A stretch of DNA of 20,000 bases from an uncultured virus (IMG/VR IMGVR_UViG_3300006033_000021) (taxonomy: Duplodnaviria > Heunggongvirae > Uroviricota > Caudoviricetes), in IMG/VR virus record IMGVR_UViG_3300006033_000021; one strand, 5' to 3'. The translations under genes were made by a program, and so were the position numbers. Below the pieces are notes generated by a model, which did no database searches, was not told the DNA's origin, and was given only the letters and a program-made list of their open reading frames with translations. This document shows, one piece after another, positions 14,860-20,000 of the stretch (position 1 is its first letter; the number at the start of each line of letters is the position of its first letter).

Positions 14860-15102
14860 ATGCATCACTGTCCATTTTGTAAGACACAATTGATTCGTGG
14901 CGAAAACAAAGAGTACGAAACGGGGATAGAGCATGTTTTTAACCCTAATCAAGAACATTTCCCTGTTAGATCTACCTGGGTCTGCGATAATTCTGACTGT
15001 GTAGCTCACACTGCTCAGGTTTGGTGGAATTGTCTGGGGGAACCATCGATGGAACTCATCAAGGTTAAGGTGCCACTTCCAGAAAATATTCACTCTAAGT
15101 AG
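14860..15102 (+). CDS. small Cys-rich protein
   Basis: CPFC...CDNSDC. Confidence 0.65.
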   Translation: MHHCPFCKTQLIRGENKEYETGIEHVFNPNQEHFPVRSTWVCDNSDCVAHTAQVWWNCLGEPSMELIKVKVPLPENIHSK

Positions 15103-15158
15103 GTAATGCGCAGGGTCAAAAAGAACCACTTCACAGCAACTTAAGGTGGAAATACTCT

Positions 15159-15515
15159 ATGGAACACAACATTGTTGGACTTTTGCGCTTCTGGAAGATT
15201 ATCACAGACCTGGAACAGTCCGATAAACGCCATAAAATCCTTCGTTTCTTTGGTGCTCCTGATGAGTTTGTAAAAGATAGTAATTGCTCTTTCTTGCAAC
15301 TATATACAGGGAAAATTCTTGAGTTAAATGGTAAAAAAGCTACTTGTATTTTAGTAGAAAAAGACGGTAAAACTTCCAGGGTAATTCTACAGGCGACTCA
15401 GTTACTCAAAGAGAAAATTGGAGTTAATGACTATTTTGCCTATATCATTGTTAGGCGGGGCTTAGATACTAGAACCCTTTACAAGAAATTGGAAACTAAA
15501 GCTGAAAAGAGCTAA
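15159..15515 (+). CDS. hypothetical protein
   Basis: 118 aa ORF in a co-directional gene run. Confidence 0.65.
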   Translation: MEHNIVGLLRFWKIITDLEQSDKRHKILRFFGAPDEFVKDSNCSFLQLYTGKILELNGKKATCILVEKDGKTSRVILQATQLLKEKIGVNDYFAYIIVRRGLDTRTLYKKLETKAEKS

Positions 15516-15518
15516 ATT

Positions 15519-16235
15519 ATGAAAGCCGACAAATGGGATCCATGGCATGTGCTGTGGGGATTTAAGTCTGTACATAATGACTATCAATTGGGAAAGAAGC
15601 TGGATATTGATGCTTGGGATATGATGTATTATGATACTCCAGGATGTCTCATTAATCGTTGGCAAAGCCTTTACAATAGACAGTGGCGGTTGTATCATAA
15701 TTGGCAACACGTAAAGGATATGCTGGCGCTTGCTGAACGTCATTATCGCGGCCCTCGCAAGCACCGAGCCGCATTGGTGCTTGCTATCATGGCTCACGAT
15801 TTAATCATCGATAGCGATGATAATGAAGCTGCAAGTTGTTGGGAGCTTCGCAAGAAAATGCGCGTATACGCTGCGGCTGCGGAACATGTTGGGTACTCAA
15901 AGCTACTGCGAAAGATCAATAAGAGTGTAGATGAGGCTTGTCGCCTTATCATGCTGACTAAAACGCATACTACTGAGCCCAACGATAGTGTGGGTTGGTT
16001 TATGATCCTATTGGATCTCCATATCCTGACCGCTCCTCGTGAGAAATATCAGATCTATCGTAAAGGTGTGATGCGGGAGTATGAGCATATGGGTGTGTCG
16101 TCTCAGCAGTTCAACATTGGAAGAAGTCACTGGATCGAAACAATGATGGGCAAGGTTGATTCGCTACCCGAGCTAATCCCAGGTGATAAACAGCGAATAG
16201 TAGATAATCTATTTGTTGAACTTAGTGCAATGTAA
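15519..16235 (+). CDS. HD-superfamily metal-dependent phosphohydrolase (COG4339-like)
   Basis: RLYHNWQH, LAIMAHD, DNEAAS, LIMLTKTH, DLHIL..Y..Y...V.REY..F..GR. Confidence 0.8.
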   Translation: MKADKWDPWHVLWGFKSVHNDYQLGKKLDIDAWDMMYYDTPGCLINRWQSLYNRQWRLYHNWQHVKDMLALAERHYRGPRKHRAALVLAIMAHDLIIDSDDNEAASCWELRKKMRVYAAAAEHVGYSKLLRKINKSVDEACRLIMLTKTHTTEPNDSVGWFMILLDLHILTAPREKYQIYRKGVMREYEHMGVSSQQFNIGRSHWIETMMGKVDSLPELIPGDKQRIVDNLFVELSAM

Positions 16236-16247
16236 AGGATAGCTATC

Positions 16248-16967
16248 ATGTCAGAAGACCGCGCGACGCAAATGGAAAATGCCAAGCATTTTCTTAGGGC
16301 TTTTCAGTTAAGTCATTATAAGCATAGGGCCAAGAACGTCCCCGTCATTCGTAATCCTGTGCTACCTCGGGTGTTGCTGAGCGTTGATGAGGTTCCGCAG
16401 GGAGTGGCATTCCATCTTCGGCCTCATGAGTCGGAAAAGTCTTTTTGGTTGACTAAGGACCATAAGGTCGAGGTTGCATCCATTGAGACCGTTGAAAATG
16501 GCGATGATTACATTAGGGTACCAGAGTTCCAAGTCGTTGCTAAAGATGCTGTGTCTATTGACGCCACTTTTGATGCTATTCAAGAACAAGAAGATGCTAT
16601 TTTCTGGAAGCTTTTCACGGAAGCGGTGGGGTCGCTTTCATCGGGCATTACTACAATTGAGCCCGGTCAGGTTGTTTCAATCTTAGACGCTAGTAAGATG
16701 TACCGCATCATTGTTATTGCTGACAATGATGAGCTTGAAGCTCATGTAAAATCATGGGACATTAACAACTGTATGATTGTGAGGACAAAACAGATCAAAA
16801 CTTCCGCATGTTATGTCATGAAAGATCCATTGTGTGTCGGTACTTATCTCCTACGACAAGAATATACCATCTTACCCGATGGCGATCAATTCGTAGGATT
16901 TATCATCGCAGGAATGTTGCTTACCCCTGGGGATGACAACATTATTGTATTCAACCTAGAAATCTAA
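16248..16967 (+). CDS. possible degenerate major capsid protein paralog
   Basis: LLSVDEVPQG, VPEFQV, IQEQEDAIF and VGTYLLRQEYTILP resemble, from memory, a large-phage HK97-fold capsid family. Confidence 0.5.
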   Translation: MSEDRATQMENAKHFLRAFQLSHYKHRAKNVPVIRNPVLPRVLLSVDEVPQGVAFHLRPHESEKSFWLTKDHKVEVASIETVENGDDYIRVPEFQVVAKDAVSIDATFDAIQEQEDAIFWKLFTEAVGSLSSGITTIEPGQVVSILDASKMYRIIVIADNDELEAHVKSWDINNCMIVRTKQIKTSACYVMKDPLCVGTYLLRQEYTILPDGDQFVGFIIAGMLLTPGDDNIIVFNLEI

Positions 16968-16975
16968 GGAAAACA

Positions 16976-17449
16976 ATGAAGACGCAAGAGCAAATGATGG
17001 AGCAGTGGCTCCCCGTAGCTAAGACCGCCCCTATCTATAAGAAGACAGCAACTGTTAAGGCTCGTCTGGTTGGCCCCGGCGTTAGTGTCACTACGACTAC
17101 TTCGGATGGCAAGGAAACGCAAATGGTTTCTGACGCCGAGTATAATGTGCTGACTACTAACCCTGGTGGGGAACAGTATTTGGTCAAGCAGTCCAAGTTT
17201 GAGCCTCGCTATCTTATGGATAACCCTCTAAGTCATGATGATCAGGTTTATCAGGCAAAGGGGCGTATTAAGGGTGTTGTTATCCCCAAGGATACGGAGC
17301 CATTTGAGTTTGTCGCTGCTTGGGGTGAGGCTATGGTTGCGAAGCCCGGCGATACATTGGCGGTTCCTATCAATGACGATAATGAACTTGCAGACGAGAT
17401 CTATCGTATCGCCAAGCTTGAATTTGAGCAAACATACGGACTAGAGTGA
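16976..17449 (+). CDS. PGDYG-like protein
   Basis: YKK...VKAR, GEQYLV...FEPRY, WGEAMVAKPGD, YRIAK.EFEQTY. Confidence 0.65.
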   Translation: MKTQEQMMEQWLPVAKTAPIYKKTATVKARLVGPGVSVTTTTSDGKETQMVSDAEYNVLTTNPGGEQYLVKQSKFEPRYLMDNPLSHDDQVYQAKGRIKGVVIPKDTEPFEFVAAWGEAMVAKPGDTLAVPINDDNELADEIYRIAKLEFEQTYGLE

Positions 17450-17455
17450 CTGTAA

Positions 17456-17488
17456 AGCCAGGGGGCTGTGAAAACAGCCCCCTTGGCG
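17456..17488 (+). terminator. GNRA-capped hairpin
   Basis: AGGGGGCTGT-GAAA-ACAGCCCCCT (17460-17483); no U-tract. Confidence 0.55.
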
Positions 17489-17498
17489 GAAGACTCCC

Positions 17499-17927
17499 AT
17501 GAAATTGCATGAATGGTTATTGGAACTAGAGGGCGTGTGCGATCAAGCTACTCCCGGCCCTTGGATTGCTCATTTTGATCAAAATGGTGGCGGGCAAGTT
17601 GAGACTAATGAAGGCGTCTATATCCCCGTCATTAATGAGGATTTGACCCTAAGTGAAGTCGCTAGAGCCGCCATTCCTAAATTGATAGCTATGCTTCCTC
17701 AGGAAGATCCGTGGTTGTTTGAGTTAACAACTATTTGCAATCAAGCTACGCCGGGGCCATGGCTTGCGGTTTTTAAGATGTGGCATAGTTGGCTCATTAG
17801 GCAATCCACCCGTGAGCGCGTCCCTGTTGTCCCTGATGATCTTACGTTTAGCGCGGCGGCGCGTGAGGCACTACCTAAGCTCATAGCTATGGTGCGCCAG
17901 TCTTGTGATATGAATCAAGAGGTGTAG
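17499..17927 (+). CDS. Ead/Ea22-like protein with an internal tandem duplication
   Basis: Two copies of W-L-x-E-L...C-x-QATPGPW...DLT.S..AR.A.PKLIAM. Confidence 0.75.
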   Translation: MKLHEWLLELEGVCDQATPGPWIAHFDQNGGGQVETNEGVYIPVINEDLTLSEVARAAIPKLIAMLPQEDPWLFELTTICNQATPGPWLAVFKMWHSWLIRQSTRERVPVVPDDLTFSAAAREALPKLIAMVRQSCDMNQEV

Positions 17928-17929
17928 TT

Positions 17930-18316
17930 ATGTCTTACTATACTAGATATTCCTTAAGAATTCAACCTTTTAATGTGCCGAATATCTCAAAAGATAGCCC
18001 CTATGCTCAGTTTATTCCCAGTGTACCTCATCCAAGGGATATCTATGAGGAATTAGCAGAAGAACTTGTGCCAAACGAAGATGCATATTATGGTCTTACT
18101 AATGATGAGCAATCTTGCTGGTATGGGCACGAAAAAGATATGGCAAAATTCAGCAGGAAATATCCCAATCATCTCTTCATCCTAACAGGGCAGGGTGAAG
18201 AGAGAGACGATCTTTGGACTAAGTATTTCTTCAACGGTCGTGTTCAAACTGAAAGAGCGAAGATTCTATTTGGTGACTTCGACCCTTCAAAGCTCACTGA
18301 ACCAAGGGAGATGTAA
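17930..18316 (+). CDS. phage hypothetical protein (WY..H..DM..S.KYP..LF.L.G.GEE..D.W motif)
   Basis: GAGG RBS. Confidence 0.8.
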   Translation: MSYYTRYSLRIQPFNVPNISKDSPYAQFIPSVPHPRDIYEELAEELVPNEDAYYGLTNDEQSCWYGHEKDMAKFSRKYPNHLFILTGQGEERDDLWTKYFFNGRVQTERAKILFGDFDPSKLTEPREM

Positions 18317-18738
18317 TGCAACAAAATGAATTCCTCGCCATAGTCCTTGAGGTTATGAAGGGTAGATATGTGATGCGAAAGCAGAAAGATAGCTATCGCA
18401 CTATCTATAAAACCCTATACTACACCAAGAAAATAGCGTCTCCACTAGAGATTTTGATCTACAACCATAAAACACATGTCGGAATTTCTACATATGGTGC
18501 TGGCCCAGCGTCTATCAACCATGAAGATTATGATGATGGTGATTGCAATGTAAAGGCAATTGTATCTAAGATCTCTCCTGATATCTCTTGGGATGATATG
18601 AATAAGGTGATGGAGAAATTGGTGACTTGGGAAGTCGAAGAATATGGTTACTATAACTCACAGTCCTTAGATGTCTATAGGGGAATCTCTTTAGGTAATC
18701 TCTATGATGCCCTCGTTGAACTTGGTATTATATCGTAA
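18316..18738 (+). CDS. hypothetical protein (paralog of 1369-1815)
   Basis: TAATG coupling; shared C-terminal motif. Confidence 0.75.
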   Translation: MQQNEFLAIVLEVMKGRYVMRKQKDSYRTIYKTLYYTKKIASPLEILIYNHKTHVGISTYGAGPASINHEDYDDGDCNVKAIVSKISPDISWDDMNKVMEKLVTWEVEEYGYYNSQSLDVYRGISLGNLYDALVELGIIS

Positions 18739-18747
18739 GGAAATATC

Positions 18748-19104
18748 ATGTTGCACGCACCGATTTCTCGTATTATAGAAACCTGGGAAAAGCTATTTGA
18801 GGCTAAGAACGATTGCAATCCCTATGGTGGGGATGTCGCAGAGATTTATTTTTCCAGGTTAATGCCGCACTGGAATAGTTACGCGGCTGTGCCTGATGAG
18901 TATCCTAAAGAGGAAAAACACGCGACTGAAGGTTTGATAGAACTTTGTGTGCTTTTTATGCAAATGCACCCTGATTGTAAGATTTTAGTTGAAGACCTTC
19001 AAGAGCAAACTGAGACTTGGCCTGATCGTATATGGTCTGAAGATCTATCCTTGATTAAGAAGTGGAGTATTCGTGTTCATCTGAAAGTGGTGGCACAACC
19101 ATGA
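18748..19104 (+). CDS. hypothetical protein
   Basis: AAGGA RBS. Confidence 0.7.
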   Translation: MLHAPISRIIETWEKLFEAKNDCNPYGGDVAEIYFSRLMPHWNSYAAVPDEYPKEEKHATEGLIELCVLFMQMHPDCKILVEDLQEQTETWPDRIWSEDLSLIKKWSIRVHLKVVAQP

Positions 19105-19499
19105 ATATGACAGATGAGGCTTATCGTATATGCTCATTCTCAAAGAATGAAGATGCCCCCGACGGTGGCCCGCCTGTCGCAATTGATCGTAGATGCATTC
19201 GACGCGCGTTGGATCTTTTGTTGGCTATTTCTCGTCAGCGTTTTGAGTGCTATAGTATTTTAGACGGCTCTGATGGGTGTGTTTGGTTTAGTTGGGATAA
19301 TAGCGATCAGTTTGCTGAAGTTGCTTGTTATCCCAAGGCATTTTGTATCATTCTAGAGGATAATCAAGGTTATGAACTAATCCGTGCCTATGATCCCACA
19401 GAATATGGTATCAATACTTGTATTGCGGTTGTGAGACAATTTGTCGAGCATGGTATTAAGCCCATAGAAGAAAAAGAACCAGTCCCAAATATGGCTTGA
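19101..19499 (+). CDS. hypothetical protein
   Basis: ATGA coupling; its stop overlaps the next promoter's TTGACA. Confidence 0.7.
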   Translation: MNMTDEAYRICSFSKNEDAPDGGPPVAIDRRCIRRALDLLLAISRQRFECYSILDGSDGCVWFSWDNSDQFAEVACYPKAFCIILEDNQGYELIRAYDPTEYGINTCIAVVRQFVEHGIKPIEEKEPVPNMA

Positions 19500-19524
19500 C
19501 AGCCGCAGCCCTCCGTGCTATAAT
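19496..19524 (+). promoter_or_regulatory. consensus sigma70 promoter
   Basis: TTGACA 19496-19501, 17-nt spacer, TG-c-TATAAT 19519-19524. Confidence 0.9.
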
Positions 19525-19531
19525 AAGGATA

Positions 19532-19658
19532 GTGATGAACGAGCACCGGCGAGAGCGGGCTGGTAAGAGCGAGAGCCATAACCGGAATGCTTAGGGACTT
19601 TTCTCTCGACCCTAAGAGCTAATGGTGGAGCGGGGTGGGGAATCCCGCCGGACATCAC
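19532..19658 (+). ncRNA. unassigned ~127-nt structured RNA or 5' leader
   Basis: GC-rich and starts at the predicted TSS; stems GTGATG/CATCAC, CCGGCG/CGCCGG and CTTAGGG/CCCTAAG, plus a GAGA tetraloop. Confidence 0.55.
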
Positions 19659-19680
19659 AGTACATAGAAAAAGAGACATC

Positions 19681-19875
19681 ATGGCAAAGCTGACAATTAC
19701 AATCAGTGGCTCAAGTTCCGCCTCTAAGGCGGACATGGCTGAAAAGCTAAAGTCTTGGTTGTATATTCAGTATGGCTATACTGATGTTACTGTTGATAGA
19801 GGTCAGTACGGACCCGGCGAGATGCTCAAAGGATTCTGTAGCGACGAAACAGCAGAAATTAAGATCGAGAAGTAA
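19681..19875 (+). CDS. small hypothetical protein
   Basis: 64 aa; ITISGSSSASKA resembles a degenerate P-loop. Confidence 0.6.
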   Translation: MAKLTITISGSSSASKADMAEKLKSWLYIQYGYTDVTVDRGQYGPGEMLKGFCSDETAEIKIEK

Positions 19876-19883
19876 TAAAGCTT

Positions 19884-19955
19884 GCGCCCATAGCACAATG
19901 GACAGTGCCGTAGCCTTCTAAGCTTCTTATCCAAGTTCGATTCTTGGTGGGCGTA
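19884..19955 (+). tRNA. tRNA-Arg(TCT)
   Basis: GCGCCCA/TGGGCGT, D arm GCAC/GTGC, loop CTTCTAA, T arm CCAAG-TTCGATT-CTTGG; no CCA. Confidence 0.92.
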
Positions 19956-20000
19956 TTTTAGGGAAAATCAATGCTAAAAGCTAGTCAACTGTTGCTAGAT

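Noticed and set aside
15106..15144. Mini-ORF MRRVKKNHFTAT* as another stop-gated leader
   Set aside because: It is not in frame with 15159, and I see no arrest motif or occluding hairpin.
19590..19660. T-box or cobalamin riboswitch
   Set aside because: Only partial resemblance; the T-box TGGNACC bulge and the B12 box are absent.
529..19736. Minus-strand and nested alternative-frame ORFs in the track
   Set aside because: They overlap well-supported + strand genes or RNAs and show no recognisable motifs; treated as shadow ORFs.
1..20000. Genome-wide TAG reassignment (alternative genetic code) as the explanation for the in-frame ambers
   Set aside because: TAG ends many genes exactly where the next begins (3618-3620/GTG 3620, 5129-5131/ATG 5133, 9326-9328/ATG 9331, 17925-17927/ATG 17930), and long genes contain no internal TAG.

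Overview
This window looks like an accessory region of a large lytic bacteriophage (inference from gene content). It holds about 45 short, tightly packed genes, all on the + strand, driven by repeated sigma70-type promoters (TTGACA-N17-TAnnAT with an extended TG). There are four tRNA genes without encoded CCA (Ser-CGA, Leu-CAA, Leu-TAG, Arg-TCT) and two unassigned structured RNAs. Recognisable proteins include a RelA/SpoT-type small HD hydrolase, a thymidylate synthase-family enzyme, DUF262, NADAR, DUF5661, a COG4339-like HD protein, and PGDYG-like and Ead/Ea22-like proteins. The most striking feature, at 2311-3162, is missed by the ORF track. It is a Pth2-family gene with an in-frame amber codon at codon 5, followed by a second amber-interrupted mini-ORF (ML*GTVERAPPIG) carrying the RAPP ribosome-arrest motif. 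That mini-ORF's coding sequence pairs with the ribosome-binding site of the next gene. TAG behaves as a normal stop elsewhere in the window, so this may be a circuit that senses stop-codon readthrough or termination stress. Other leads are putative type IV pilus-component mimics, an RMF-like domain fused to a capsid-like fragment, a degenerate capsid paralog and Leu tRNAs with a short variable arm. Family calls come from motif recognition by eye; no searches were run.
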